Source: Ophelia neglecta (Eukaryota). From it: a DNA stretch of 64,000 nucleotides. The notes under the pieces were generated by a model. The model did no database searches. It worked only from the letters and a program-made list of their open reading frames with translations, and was not told where the DNA came from. This document shows positions 24,825-38,866 of the stretch, piece by piece. The stretch's first letter is position 1. Each line of letters starts with the position of its first letter. The position numbers and the translations under genes are program-made. Location: positions 121,334,001 to 121,398,000 of the forward strand of contig OZ260661.1 of NCBI GenBank assembly GCA_965285935.1, written 5' to 3'.

Positions 24825-26167
24825 CAATGGGGGGAGGGTGGCAGGGAGTCAGGTGATAAAAGCAGTCCCACAGCTAGCCCCATGGTAACAGGGGTAGGAC
24901 GCAGAGGGACGGGCAAAAACTACCACAATGTCAGAACCATGGTTGTAACTTGTACAATTTCCTGTGGTCTGCTTTATGTATGCTAGGCCACCCTAGTTAA
25001 GTTTGAAAAAAGCACTGTTCCTGGTAATATCACAGGAATTTTGTTATTTATTGGAAGCCTTGTTATTCGATAAACGTTGCACAAGAGACTTAACGAGGTC
25101 ATTCAACATTAAAAAACAACTTTTCCTCAATTGAAAAGGTATTGTACTTTGCAAGGTACCAACCATACCTGATTCCTGTAGTGTGTATTGTAGGTTGAAC
25201 CAAGCCATTGACTTTTGTCTGTTAAATCTCCCACCCTCCCAGAACCTGTCCAGCACCCCACCTATCACATGCTCCAACCAGCATGACCTTGTATCCCAGG
25301 GCTGGCTGTTACAGTGACATCTTAATCCAAACCTGTTCTTTATAACAGCCTGGATCTCCCTCAGGACTTTTAAACACCTAGAATCTCCCTCTGGACTTGC
25401 CTGTAGTTTTCAGGGGTCAGTCCATCATGTTCATACAGAGAGGAAATCTGACTTGAGGAATTTCTGCCATGCCTCAGAGGTCTGTAGCAGACACGTGCAG
25501 GACACACTGCCTGTACCCTGATTACAAACATAAAGCTGTATGTTCTGAAGGATATCAACCAAAACTTTCTGACATGAAATCAGAATCCCGAGATTCTCTA
25601 TGGCGGGGCAGACCAGCCGTTAGATGTTTGTCAGATTGATCAAAATACTATCAGAGAGAGAGGAAGCAAACGGAGACATCAAACTGACCGCAGATCTCTG
25701 GCGATACATCCAAGACATTCATCATGACTTTATTGGTGTGCTAACACAAGACCCAGTCTAAACAAACCATCTAGGTAGACTGGGTGAGTGACATTTTCAA
25801 GTTTTATGACTCAGACTTGAGGACATTGTTTCTTTGCCCACTTATCATACATATTTAACAGTTACTTGGCAATTCTCACAAATACACTCCAAGCACATAG
25901 CACTGTCATCACACTACCTGCAAACAACACTCTAGTTTTGGGTACAGTTTTTCAGACATTTTTAGGGCTTTGTTGAATGATCCTAGGCAGAGTTGACACC
26001 ATGTATAAGGCTCCAGGACCTGAGACAAAGATCTGAAACAAAGACCTGAGATACATCCTGTAAGGGTGGCTCGACTTCCTAAACATAAATACCCAACTGA
26101 AATCTCCATGAATGTCGTAAATCCACTGGTAAAACTTTGGCAAGGCTTCATCTTCTACACTACTTAC

Positions 26168-26206
26168 ATGAACAGTTCCTCTTCATCTGAGCGGAAAGCT
26201 GACTCA
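26168..26206 (-). CDS. Candidate 39-nt cassette exon (phase 2: ESAFRSDEEELF; phase 1: SQLSAQMKRNCS)
   Basis: Acceptor 'ctttaccaccctcttcccttgtag', purine-rich exon body, donor CAT|GTAAGT. Phase 0 begins with TGA. Confidence 0.45.
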
Positions 26207-27744
26207 CTACAAGGGAAGAGGGTGGTAAAGACCACCAGAGATTCACCAATGATTTAATAGCTAGGCAGCCTAGATCACTGTAGGAAGCCTAGATCACTGG
26301 TACCATTCCATAAAATTGGTCATTTCCCCAATTTCCAGACTAATAGGCAGTAAAGGGGCACTAAGGGTTGAGCTCCGACATGGCCAATTTTCCAACCACA
26401 CGGTGAGGCCCTATTGCCCTGTTTTGGGTGGTGTTTTGGGAGTTGTTTTAGGAGTTGCCTGCTGACTCAGTACCCACTTTATGGTACAATGATGGGCCCT
26501 AGCATTTCCTAAATCACCCATGGCATTTCACAATTTGGTGATGTAGCCCCCCAAAGCTGACAGTTTTCAGAGTAGGAACGGGACTCAACCTATGATTGAT
26601 CTGTAGTGTACAATGCTCTCACCAAACTCTTGTTACTGGGGAGGAGAGATCCAAAAGAGTTAATGAATAACTTTAAAATACCAAGACCATACACCCATAA
26701 ATTTTCATTGGTAGCAAATCATATAAAAAAATGAAGTCTTTTGCTACTTTTAACGACTAATAAACAGTGAAGCTGTGAAGTCTTTGGCAATTTAAAATGA
26801 CATAACTGATGGAATATAAATAATCTACCTGACACTGAAGACAATGCTGAAGGTCGTGAGAATTTATAACACCTGGAAACAATGCTGGCTAAGTATATTT
26901 TGTTTAACATCTAGCCAAATGACTCCAAGTTTGGTCAATTAATCATTTCCCACCAGTCAAATTGAAAAAAAAAGTGATAAAAAACTTGGCTTGGGACTGA
27001 AGATGACACTGGCTGCCTGAGTTCACAAGCTCTGATTGTTTGACAGCGGCTATAGAAAGGATAGCTCCCTTGACTGGCCGGTGGGTTGTGACATGGACTG
27101 GAGGTGTGACATGTGACTGGACAAACTGGACAGACTGGACATGTATACAATGAGAACCTTGACCTGCGGACTACATACCAGAGATGAAGATAACCATCAG
27201 AAGGGCTTGCAAGACACATTATCAAATAGGCAATGGCCAATTCTTCTAGCTGGGTGCCCCTAAATGGAGAATATCACCTCAGCCCTTCCCCTGGACACTG
27301 GGTGTAATTGGGCGACCATTACACATGAATCACTGGGAATCAGGGTGACCATCCAAAGACACTTTGACCAAACATTGTCTACTAACCCATACACACTATA
27401 ATTAATTATTCATCGAAAGTGGCAGTATTTTTTCTGCAGGATTGCCCGACTATCATAAACAATTACGGTTCTTTCATTGGAAGTGTCATTGAGTAGACTG
27501 GGTGTGAGCTGGACTGGTCAATGATATGGCACCATGACCACTTACAGTCTTGGCTAGGAGGTGGTGTTGGATCTCCAATATTAATATCAAGTGTACAATC
27601 ATACAATCAATAAGTGTTATGGCTGCAGGCAGCTGGCCACAGAGCATCTGAGATCACAGAGAGATGATCTAATCCTACCACTGGGGAGCACTGAGCACTC
27701 ACTGCATTGTCTAGTCCTCATGAGCATCTTTAACCAGGCTCAGG

Positions 27745-27898
27745 GCAGGCCAGGGGGGGGGAGGGGCAACCCACAGCATACTCGGGGCAGGGAGGGGGAC
27801 AACCCACAGCATACTCAGGGCGGGGGGGGGGGGAGGGAAAACCCACAGCATACTCAGGGATCTGGGGGGGGGGGGAGGGGGGGGGACAACCCAAAGCA
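27745..27898. repeat. G-run minisatellite (aacccacagcatactcaggg + poly-G) x4, with G-quadruplex potential
   Basis: Directly visible. Confidence 0.9.
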
Positions 27899-29030
27899 CC
27901 TACAACCTGAAGGTCACTATATCAATAATACAGTGTATATGTTTCTTGAATGAAGGATATTGTGGTTTACCAGCCAAACCACTTCATGGTCAGTAGGCCT
28001 AAACTAAACCAACTTTATCTTTCTCCAGTTACATATATCCTGGAGCAGGTGTAACACATAGACCAGCATGCCCTTCTAGTGAGTAGAGATGGCGAGATCA
28101 AAGCCGTGATCAAAGGACTGATGAGGTCGTTTGGTCATAGGATAGCTTATCAAGGGTTATGTAGTATGTCTGCCTGTGGATCTGGTATACAGCCAGGCCA
28201 GACACACCTTTCCAATCACTGTGTTGTGGCATTTAAAAATCATTTCTGACAACAGTAATGCCACTGCCAAGGTTTCTGTATCACAAAACCCCTAGCACCT
28301 TTATGAATCTTAATGGTATTAGTGTCATTTCTGCAATAACAACTGTCTTCAGAGCTATCAGTGTAACGTTAAGTCAGCAGACCTGTCATTTCCTTAACTT
28401 TTTAAATCCTCGGCTCCAAATTATCCTGTGATTGGTGTGCTGACCCCATAAATGCAAACTGCTCGCCAAGTAGACCGTTTATTTTGATTCTAAATATGTG
28501 CCCCCAGGCTACAGCGCACAACTTCAAAGTGAAAGTTTCGTCCATAAAAATCTTCACTGTCACAGGACCTCGGGGCATGTTTCTAACTGTTAGTAGTGGC
28601 TCCATCAAGGATGGGCTTTTGTATCCTTTTGTTCAAGCTTGTAATTGATTCCTGTTGAAACTAAAATGCTCAAATTAATGAAATGCACCTCATTCTGAAT
28701 AAACACCATTGATAGCTGTCAGAGTTTGAACCTGTCTGCGGTAGACAAAATCACAGCTCCAGTCAGAGCATCAGTAATTCAATAACTTGGCTGTTTCGTA
28801 AGTGTTGGGAAAAATCCAATTCTTTCCATGTTTAACAATAGCTTTTAATGTTCTTATTAGAAGGAAAAAGAATCCTCTTGACCTTCCACACCTCAATAAC
28901 AAGCTGTGAACAATCCCAAACATAAACAGGTCTTGTCAAAGTTTTAAAAGGCACTTTACAAAAAATTAAGCAGCTTAAAATTGCTTGTAATCAAATCATG
29001 ATAATTCTGCTATGAGTAGTTCCTGTGTTG

Positions 29031-29065
29031 ACTTACCTAGTATTAGAAAACCCTGACAGTTAATA
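29031..29065 (-). other. Candidate second recursive splice site, TAG|GTAAGT at 29037/29036
   Basis: Minus strand reads 'gggttttctaatactag|gtaagt'. The donor is perfect; the pyrimidine tract is only moderate. Confidence 0.3.
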
Positions 29066-30289
29066 CAGGCCAGCAAACTACAGGTCTTTAGTTAAAGTCA
29101 TTAATAGTTGGCCAGGTGACAAGGGCTTCATCCAAAACTGCACACTAACAAGTAGCATGATGAGATCATTAAGGAAATGGATGTTGGAATGTATGGCACT
29201 AAAGGTGTGCACTGGAGATGGGTATTAGATGGGCCACTTGCATTGCACACTCCCCCAATGGGAGGGCCCCCTGACCACAGGGTACAGGTGAAAACACACC
29301 ACCCCTCCTGGACAACAATATACCTGACCAAATCTAACTGACACCTAGGTAGTCAGCTATACAGCCTCACCAAGCGTGCAGCCTTCTCACCAAACATCAA
29401 AGCTCACCTCCACCATTTATACTCTCACCCCGACACCTCCTACCCAAAGTTACCATTTTCTAGTTCTCAGCCCAATCATAAAAACTTTACAAACTTAATA
29501 CAAATCTTGTTAGACAGAAAATCTCCCTATCATAATGTCTTAAGAAAAGATTGAAGAAGGAATTTGCGGTTAGGTTTTATCTTAACTCACATTGTGGCTA
29601 AGTTTGTTGGAAATAAACATTAAGCATAAGACATCCTTAAGAGTATATTAAAGCAAACACAGGAGGGTGTGAACAAGCCTGACAAATGGATCTCAACGGT
29701 TTTGTTCACCTTACAGAAAGGACGGCAAAAACGTTCAAGTTTTCTGAGGTCAGTTTTTATTCAGACAAACAAATGCTGAATGAGTTTCCTGTGCTGATGA
29801 CAAGAGGGCTATCTTTTGATCTCTGCAGTATGACTACTTTATGTATAGTACCTGTGTTTTAGCCAGACAGAGATGAACCATCAGTGAAGTATCTACCACA
29901 ATCCTGTAGATTTAGACAAGGGTTAGTGTAGAGGGGAGGAGCTGAGCAGTGTTTTTGGTAGACTTGCCTGAGATGTTTGCTTTGGCAGGTGACTGTAGCC
30001 TAACACACATATACAGGTGCTGACTGAAGTGGGGGATTATTACCACAGGAACAATCAGGGTCGACTGCTCATCCCCTTGGAAAACAGAAAAAATCTGAAT
30101 AAAGACCAAAGCAAAGCTTAACATATCAGCCTGAAGCAGGCTCTGTGAACCAGTCCACTAAAACACTGATGGCTGCTGAGTAAGTTTACAGCAGTGCATA
30201 AGGTACACATGTAGTTAATAAGGATGTGGGAAGCTATTGGGAGCACACTGGCTCTCTGCAGCTAACAGTGAGCACATCTGAGTCATGTG

Positions 30290-30608
30290 AGCACATTGGC
30301 AGTTAGCAGCTAACAGAGCACAGTGACTGTTGGCAGCTAACTTTTTCTAACCAAGCATAATGACTGTTAGCAACTAACTGAGCACATTGGCTGTTATCAG
30401 CTAACTGAGCACAATGATTGTTAGCAGCTAACTGAGCACATTGGCTGTTATCAGCTAACTGAGCACAATGACTGTTAGCAGCTAACTGAGCACATTGGCT
30501 GTTATCAGCTAACTGAGCCCAGTGGCTGTTATCAGCTAACTGAGCACAATGACTGTTAGCAGCTAACTGAGCCCAGTGGCTGTTATCAGCTAACTGAGCA
30601 CATTGGCT
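30290..30608. repeat. Minisatellite, 27-bp unit (gcacattggctgttatcagctaactga), ~11 copies
   Basis: Directly visible; explains ORF 30303..30614. Confidence 0.96.
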
Positions 30609-30869
30609 TTCCAAATCCTACTTTGATTGAATGGCCCAGAACTTGCTGTACAAGTCAGCAGTATACTGTAAAGACAGTGCCGTTTAGATCACATCAGATG
30701 ACTTGGCCTATCGCAGGTTTCTGGAGTCTGTTAATCCTGGCCACCCCCTGCCCAGCTTAGTTTGTGAGAAGCTCCATCTGCTCAAAATTTGTGGATAAAT
30801 TTTCATGTTACATGATTGAGTCTGTGCCAATGGGAGATGTTATAAATATATTTGGGTTTTAGGCTTCCG

Positions 30870-31450
30870 AGACTGTCTTGGACTGGAGACTAACTTGGAC
30901 TGCTTGTTTCCATAAACACAGCATACAGCGGTCCTGTATGCCGACAGGTTAACACAGACAGCCACATGTTTCTACGCTACCGAGGCAACATAAACAGCAC
31001 TCACCGAAACACACACCAACTCCTGGAAAAGTTGGTAAATCTTGCCCATCGTCTCTGATCAGATCCTACACGGCACATCTGTTAGATTGCTCTGCCTACT
31101 AGTGTAATCTGCAGCAAATCAACTGCAGTGTAAAAGTATCCCATCCAAAATGAACATTACATCGACATTGCCGGCTAGTTTTTGCTAGTTTTAGTGTTTA
31201 ATGCAGACAACGGAGGTATGGTCATGACTATTAAATGAAGTATCGGAGTTTGGGTGTCAGTTTTCTAATGGCTAGGTGCATGACAAGCCTTGGGGAGCCG
31301 TATATGACAGCCGCCAATTGAGAGTGGATTGCGGTGGGTACATAGGCCCGGGGGTATGTCAGGACCTACCCGACTAGCACTCTCACTAGCGATCTCATAC
31401 CTCTCTCCTGGTGGGGTGGGGGCATGTCAGACACGAGTGCCACCACACAC
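30870..31450. promoter_or_regulatory. CpG-retaining island, candidate internal promoter
   Basis: More than 20 CpGs in ~600 bp, surrounding and upstream (minus strand) of the 31049 ATG. Confidence 0.35.
31005..31049 (-). CDS. Candidate alternative first coding exon MGKIYQLFQELVCVS, phase-0 donor
   Basis: Kozak-like ACGATGG, donor TCG|GTGAGT, inside a CpG-retaining island. An alternative is the 18-nt exon ELVCVS using the acceptor 'cttttccag'. Confidence 0.4.
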
Positions 31451-32159
31451 AAACAATGCCCCTAAACATATATACATGTTCCAGGAAACCCCAGGGCAGG
31501 TTTTAAGTGTTTTGACAAAATATTAATAATCAATGAGACTTTTAAACACTTTATCAATGCGATGTTTACAGCACTCTGGCCATCCCATTTAGAAACCATC
31601 ATACAAATCAACATGAAAAAACTTGACATCTCAATGTTTGAAAGTTTACTATCAGGTTTCCTCCACCAAAAAATAAGCAAAACTGAAGTGGAGTTTTTAT
31701 GGCGTAATTGGTATTCCATAGAGTGTATGGTGAGAGGCGGGATGCTGTTTGCAAGGTGGCCCAAATCTCGGTTTAAGACTGAGGAATCTGCTGCTCTCTT
31801 TATTGGAGGTCTTGGTGATGATAGCCCAGTCTCCAGCCTTCTGTGATTGTCCCTGTCAGGTAAGGCTGAGAGCAGGGTGAAGAAAACCCCGCCTCTTTCA
31901 GACATCTGTCCCTGAGTGGCTACAGGTGTGTGCCAAATACAACAAACAGGTTACTATGGTAACCAAATTTTTCAGCAATTACCCTCAGTGATGCCAGTTG
32001 GGGCATACAAGATCAAGTTTTGGCACAGTATATTCAATGTTTCTGTCTAGTTGGCTGAGAAAGAATTAAATTAACTTCTTGTATAACACAGATACCTTTA
32101 CAAGTCTGGCCATGACAGGCTGGCATACATTATGCTAAGCACACACAATGGAGTAATTT

Positions 32160-33071
32160 GAGCTGTATGTCCTACAGGTAGTGCAGTAGTATACTATAGC
32201 GTGGGCAGGTTTTTACTAAGGTTAACCCAAACAGCCTGGTAGCCTGTTTGATGGGGAGCCCTATGAGCTGGTATGTCCTACAGGTAGTGTGGTAGGTTTT
32301 ACTGAGGTTAACCCACTGATAGTCTGTAGTCAAGGGGAGCCCTATGAGCTGGTATGTCCTACAGGTAGTGTGGTAGGTTTTACTGAGGTTAACCCACTGA
32401 TAGTCTGTTTGATGGGGAGCCCTATGAGCTGGTATGTCCTACAGGTAGTGTGGTAGGTTTTACTGAGGTTAACACACTGATAGCCTGTTTGATGGGGAGC
32501 CCTATGAGCTGGTATGTCCTACAGGTAGTGTGGTAGGTTTTACTGAGCTTAGCCCACTGATAGTCTGTAGTCAATGGGAGCCCTATGAGCTGGTATGTCC
32601 TACAGGTAGTGTGGTAGGTTTTACTGAGGTTAACCCACTGATAGTCTGTTTGATGGGGAGCCCTATGAGCTGGTATGTCCTACAGGTAGTGTGGTAGGTT
32701 TTACTGAGGTTAACACACTGATAGTCTGTTTGATGGGGAGCCCTATGAGCTGGTATGTCCTACAGGTAGTGTGGTAGGTTTTACTGAGGTTAACACACTG
32801 ATAGCCTGTTTGATGGGGAGCCCTATGAGCTGGTATGTCCTACAGGTAGTGTGGTAGGTTTTACTGAGGTTAACACACTGATAGCCTGTTTGATGGGGAG
32901 CCCTATGAGCTGGTATGTCCTACAGGTAGTGTGGTAGGTTTTACTGAGCTTAGCCCACTGATAGTCTGTAGTCAAGGGGAGCCCTATGAGCTGGTATGTC
33001 CTACAGGTAGTGTGGTAGTAGAGAGGGCAGGTTTACTGAGCCAGGTATGCTGTGTGATGGGGAGCTCTATG
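32160..33071. repeat. Minisatellite, 80-81-bp unit, ~11 copies
   Basis: 'cctatgagctggtatgtcctacaggtagtgtggtagg' at 32341, 32421, 32501, 32582, 32662, 32742, 32822 and 32902, with slightly diverged copies at both ends. Confidence 0.98.
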
Positions 33072-35845
33072 ATATAGCCATGACCATCACTTCTTAACAT
33101 CTGTTCACTCTGATCAAACTGATGGTCAACACTATGTGTGTTATAAGCGTTATGGGGCAAGAGGGGGTAGTTAGTGGAATAGGGCTGAGAACAGAGGCGG
33201 CCAGGGCCCCTCACACCTCTGACCTGACATCTGGTAGTGAGATCAGAGTTAGAGAGAGCCATCACCCTACCTATCACCGCTCTCACCTCCACCAGGCTTA
33301 CATTAACTGGTGGAGAAATGTAAGAAACAGCCAGCTCCATAAACTATAATCCACACCATGTGTCTTGTAGGCCACTGATTCGGCACAGCAATCACTTTGA
33401 TTAGTGGATTTGATTTGTGTTTTGATTTGTAGATTTGGTACTGTGCTGATTTTGCTCTTGACAGAAATTCAGAGATATGTACAGTTAGATTTTGTTTATC
33501 AGATATATACATGTATATATGTAAGAGTTGAGGGTTGGCCTGGTTGGTTGTTTAGTATTTACAGGTACTTGATCACCTGTGAGTTGGCTGGTATCAAGGC
33601 CAGTCTGTGATAGTGGTATCAACTCTACAAGATATTCCAATCTAATGTCAGCCTCAACCTTGACTCACCATTACAATATGCACACAACATAATCCAGGTT
33701 TTTTTTTCCAGAACAGAGCTGTTCAATGAACATCTATTTCTAGCTGTGGTTACCCTTCCTACTGCTGAGATCCCTGATCCCTTCCAATCCCTTTCATCCT
33801 TTATCCATTAAAATGCTGATCCCTTGCTGGGCCATGATGCAGTGTGATCTCAAAGCCTTTCAAACTAGCACAATGACTTTTAGGCTGTGATCCCCAGCAT
33901 GCAAATCCTAATGAACTCTGGGAGAAGAAGCAATTCAATTTGTGGCTGTTGATGAGCTAACTTTGTTGGATGATTCAATAGTCATCCATCATGATGCTAA
34001 GCCCGGACAGCTGCGAGATGCACTGCCCCTATGCTCGGAGGCCATTATACAGCAGTCACTGCCAATAACCCGATTGTGACAATGTCATCAACAACCATTA
34101 CGTGTAATTACCACACAGGGGAAATCTCTCCCTTAGACAAATGGAACCACCCTAAAACATCATCACACTCTACAGGCAGCAGTACTGCATGGGTATCAAC
34201 GATTGGAGGCCACCAGGACAAATAGTTTATAGAGAAATCAGTCCAGCATCAGATTATCATCTCAGAGGACACTGTGAGGCAGCAAGGTGCTGGGATTGAG
34301 CCTCCTGAGACAGAGGAGGGAGGGGGCTGAGACCCAGTTAAACTTGTATAAACATCAACTCTATGATGAAGGGCCATCTCTACACACAGTTTATATACAA
34401 ATTTCCGTGACCATCCACAATGTTGTAGTTGAGAGTTTGGTTGCCATGGTGACTGATGAGTGCCGGTTTCCAGGATGATGATGAGATTTCAAGACAGTGG
34501 GAAGCTTGTGATGGTGGTGATGGAGGGAGAGGATGGTGTATGCTAGGGTGGCAGGTGATGGAGAGGGTGGGGTGGTGTATGCTGCTGAGGCATAGATCAC
34601 TGATCACAAGCAGCCTACCTAACCATCATCATCAGACACCAATGTGTGGAGAAGGGGGGGGGGGATACAAGAGGTGGTATATTGGACTTCACCAATGTTC
34701 AGGGAGAGAGTATGAACATCTAAATCTCCTAATGTAACTGCACATACATGCCATTCCTATATATACATGCTTGATTTAGCATAGATCCTCAAACAGGTGT
34801 ACTACACACATATTTCATCTTGTTACTACTTCCATTATGTTTAGTAAGACTTGAAAGCTGGGGCAATTCACTCACTGAAACAGGGAAGCCCCCTGCCTTC
34901 TAGCAGTACACTCCTTTGGTGTGGGTATATATAGGTCCATAGAGCACCTTGATGACCTCTGACACTAGGCTCTCCTCCTAATAAGCTTTCATATGCAGAA
35001 AATGCTGAAAACTGTCACAGCTGCATCTACTAATACTTGTCAAAGGCTTAAGACTTCACAAAACGTGACTAGCCCCGCTTGCCTGCCACTTTCAGTCTTG
35101 TTAACTCTCAATGATATGCCAGTGGAGTATAAAAAGAAAAAAAGGAATCACAGTTTTTTCTGCCACTGACAAAGTCAGTTTAAATGCCAGTTAGATAACT
35201 GAGGAAATGAATTTGTTTTAAATTGTCACTGATGGCATAGTTGTTCTGGAGAGTGCCAGAAAAACAAGATAATTTGGGGCATTGATGGTGTAACAGACTG
35301 ATGGCGGGCATTTCAACCTTGATGTTTATTGGGGGGAGGCAGTTGTCTGTCTGTTTAATGTCCAGACTAAGGTATAGTTATCTGGATCAAAGGGAAGCTG
35401 ACTCTGACTGGGACAGTCTATCTTAGTGATATCTATGGGCTATCTCTGAGGTATCTGGCTATGTGACTGCTGGGCCTAGAGAAGGAGGTTAGGGCCAACC
35501 AGCCCTGCATTACTGCCACCGATGATCAGTCAGCCACACAGTCCTACTCTCTACCAAGATAGTGTCTCTACACACCCAAACCTTACAAACTCCCCTCAAC
35601 CAATACTGCAACAGACACCAAAACTTAGTGCCAACTCACTTTACACGAAAGAGTACACGTCAGCCTCCAGGCAAAAATGGGGCAAAACTTCACTGGAAGT
35701 TGGCAAAAGATTGTCTAGAAGTAGTTTGGCTTTCCTTCGCCCCCCTGTGATTAACACCTACAAGTTAACTGGCTATCAAAGACTCTTGCCTGGTCCTTTA
35801 CACCCTCCACTTTTTACTGAGGGACTAAACTCTATTTTTCCTCAC

Positions 35846-35902
35846 CTTCTTAGAGACCGAACTTCAAAGGCGGAGAATGGATCTATTGAATTGCGCACGC
35901 CC
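35846..35902 (-). CDS. Candidate 57-nt cassette exon (phase 2 only: GVRNSIDPFSAFEVRSLR)
   Basis: Branch point CCTAAC, pyrimidine tract, rare GAG acceptor, donor AAG|GTGAGG, CpG-rich context. Confidence 0.3.
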
Positions 35903-38499
35903 CTCGGAGAATAGACAAGTTAGGATAGAGTACTCTGTCTGACCCGGTGTTTGAGTATCAGAGCCAACCGGGATGATCGCATGACCCCTCACACCTCTTT
36001 TTATTGGACTGACTGATTATTCAATAAACCTGGCCAATTTCAAAGTTTTTGAAGCTCAATAATTACCAAAGAGCCTATGAACGGCACACATCGCTGCTAC
36101 AAGCCAAACAGAAAATACAAGATTTTGTGTAAAGGTACAACAGTGTATATAAACATCTGTGTAAGTAAATAAGTATAACCAATACAAATATGTGGTAGAC
36201 TCCTTGGGCTAAGAGTCTTAATGGCCTTTACCCCTGTCGAGTATATATACAGTGGCTCCTGTCACAGAGAAGTCAGCTACCTGCTGAAATGGAGCATATC
36301 ACCATGAGCTGGGTTTGGTACATGGCTAAACATATATAGGGCTTCACATGGCATAGACTAGATTCCTAAACAAATAATGTTTATAGGTCTTATGACTATT
36401 ATTGCCTGGATGGATAAATAGTTTGCAGAAACCTGGCACAAATGACATCAACGGCACAATGACATGAACCGATAACTTAGCCCTAATATCAACTGCCCTT
36501 TGATCGTAAGGGAAAATAATTAGATCAGGCAAAACATACAAGGAATGCATCAGAATGTTTGTGGAATGGTTTATTGCCCACAAAGACACACTGATTGTTG
36601 AACTGTTGTCTGGCTTCACCACCATTTACCACAAAAAAACCACCAGTGATTCATTAAAGTCAAACTACTCCAATGCATCTAAATACCACCAGAAATCTAT
36701 TGAAGTCAAAGTACCTCAGAGTATCTTAATGCCACCAGTGACCCACTGAAGTCAAAGTACCCCGGTGTAAACGTGATGTTATCCTGCCTTACACGTAGGC
36801 ATGTAGTCAATGGAATTCACCATTGAAGGCTTTAATTAGTAAGCTATAAGCCAATCTAATCAAGTCAGGCTGAAGGACAGTTAGAACCTTGACTTATGGT
36901 TCTCCTCATTGTGCTGTTAAAGGCCAGTTGGTCAGAGACAAGACCCTGGCCTTCAGCTGGTTATAAAGGGGATCTGGCTTAGTTCCTCAGCCAGCTTGGG
37001 GCTGGCGTGGTGGTGGCGGTGAGAGTGAGGGGAGGGTTAAAACCTAGGGCCACCCACTTACTCTCTCCTAGTGAACGGCAGCTGCCATAAACAATAAACC
37101 AGTTTTAATATTTATTTTAATACCTGACCATGGCACTGCATATGTTCTGAAGTCATTCATGACATAAAACATGTAAAAAGTGAAAGTTTCCCAGATAAGC
37201 TTTTTTTTTTCTTCCTATACACTGTGGAGTACTGATGTAGAAGATGCCATACATCACAGATATAATTTAAAGTTCACCTTTGATATAGGGCTGGTAGATG
37301 ACAGATAGGCAGTGACATTATCAAGCCATCTCTACGGAGTGGAGTATTTTTTGGCAATCACCAGTCACCTGAGTAGGACACTTTAGCTGGGGTCATCTTC
37401 TTTGTCTTTCACCTCCATTCACCCCACTTGACTGAGACTTCCCATCAGACGACTAAAGAAAACAAACAGTGCCAAAAAACACACCATGCACTGCTCGTAT
37501 GCAATAGCTTGATATGTGTTATTCATTAAGTCCAAATCGTGTAATGGATCAGAACTCCGCACAGACCACAATACATGTATTAAGTTTCCAGCGGTGCTGA
37601 CCAGGATTATGACGGCTCATATTTCTGGATCTTTCTCTTATTTACACTTGGCCATCTTCCTATTACGGCTTGTCTCTGTTGACATAGCCAGAATAAAAAG
37701 ACACTCAGCCACGTTGAAATAGCATTCTGAAGCCTGAACAAGGTTCCCACAAGGCCATCCAGATTGAATTGGCCACAAAACCCCGGCTAAACAAGCAATC
37801 AACTTCAAAGCGGCACCACCGCTTTCCACCTGACATTGTACTGATACAAAGGGGTTAATTTATAAAAGACCCCATCTAATACACTGGAGACACTAGCTGA
37901 GATTGCAGCAAGGCTAAACACCAGACCAGAAAAACAGCTAACAGCCCTGACTATACTATTGACAAATCAGTTACAGAGCTGGCCGCTGTGTTTAAGGGAG
38001 CTGATTACTAGAAAAACTTGTATTTTTCGACCTCCTAGAGAGCCCCAGTGGGCTGGTAACTCTGCCCTGCTCAGGACCAGTGTACCTTACTTTGGGGCTC
38101 CCTAACAGGGCGGATCCAAGAGGCTAGACAAATGTGGGATCAGCCTACAGAGAGGGGTGTGGCAGGCGGTGGAGTGTCTCTCACTCTTGTCCCTGAGGCT
38201 TTTCAGCTGATCACTTTTTCTACAGTAAGGTGCTGTGGGGGACTTTAAAAAAAAAGAGGTGTCTACTAGCCCCCTGACCATCCCCCCTTCAGTTGCCCCT
38301 GCTAAGCCACACAAAAACAGTTACCAGTTGCCTGTCATGTGTTACATCTGGTTGTGGCTGCAGCTAACAAGAACAACATTCCTGGCTTCTTGGCGACGTG
38401 CTGGGAATAACCTGGAAGCCCTATAACTTACATCAGCCGCAGCATGCAGAAAGTGGAGAAATTACAACCAAACTTTCTTCGTAAATAAAAAGTACCTAC

Positions 38500-38534
38500 C
38501 TTTACTATCACAAAGTCCATGATTCAGCTTCAGC
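38500..38534 (-). CDS. Candidate 35-nt exon containing a start codon (MDFVIVK, ATG at 38520), phase-0 donor
   Basis: Acceptor 'ctactttttcctag', ATCATGG Kozak context, donor AAG|GTAGGT. Confidence 0.4.
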
Positions 38535-38827
38535 CTAGGAAAAAGTAGTCCAAAGGTTTTTTAATTGTTAATCCACAGAAAAGGTAGAATTCTGTTCACA
38601 TTGTTGGCACATTTTGTGATATTCCTTCTGGTTTAAATCCACTCCCACTTCAATAGGTAGGGAGCAAATTTACATGAAAAAAAACCCAACATCTATGGCT
38701 AAATGTTTATCTCTACAGCATTCACAAAAAAAAACAAAGACTACACTTTCAAGTCAGATGTCAGGTGGAGTTCACTGTGGCCACTGAGATGAACCACTTC
38801 TGAATCAATTCTCTACTTTTACTTTAC

Positions 38828-38866
38828 CGGTATCATGAGCTTGGCGAGATCGAAGACTGAAAAATC
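38828..38866 (-). CDS. Candidate 39-nt exon (phase 0: DFSVFDLAKLMIP), or the 3' end of a non-coding first exon
   Basis: Acceptor 'ctttacttgttgccttcttatag', donor CCG|GTAAAG, in a CpG-rich region (38820-39200). Confidence 0.4.

Noticed and set aside
25044-26151. Cluster of short minus-strand ORFs suggesting a decayed LINE
   Set aside because: No reverse transcriptase or endonuclease motifs, poly-A tail or target-site duplication are recognisable.
31462-31905. 147-aa minus-strand ORF with an acceptor at 31852
   Set aside because: It is partly protein-like, but there is no convincing donor or homology, so it is left uncalled.
32160-33071. Regular repeat array resembling CRISPR
   Set aside because: There are no unique spacers and no cas genes, and the context is eukaryotic. 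The same applies to the other arrays.
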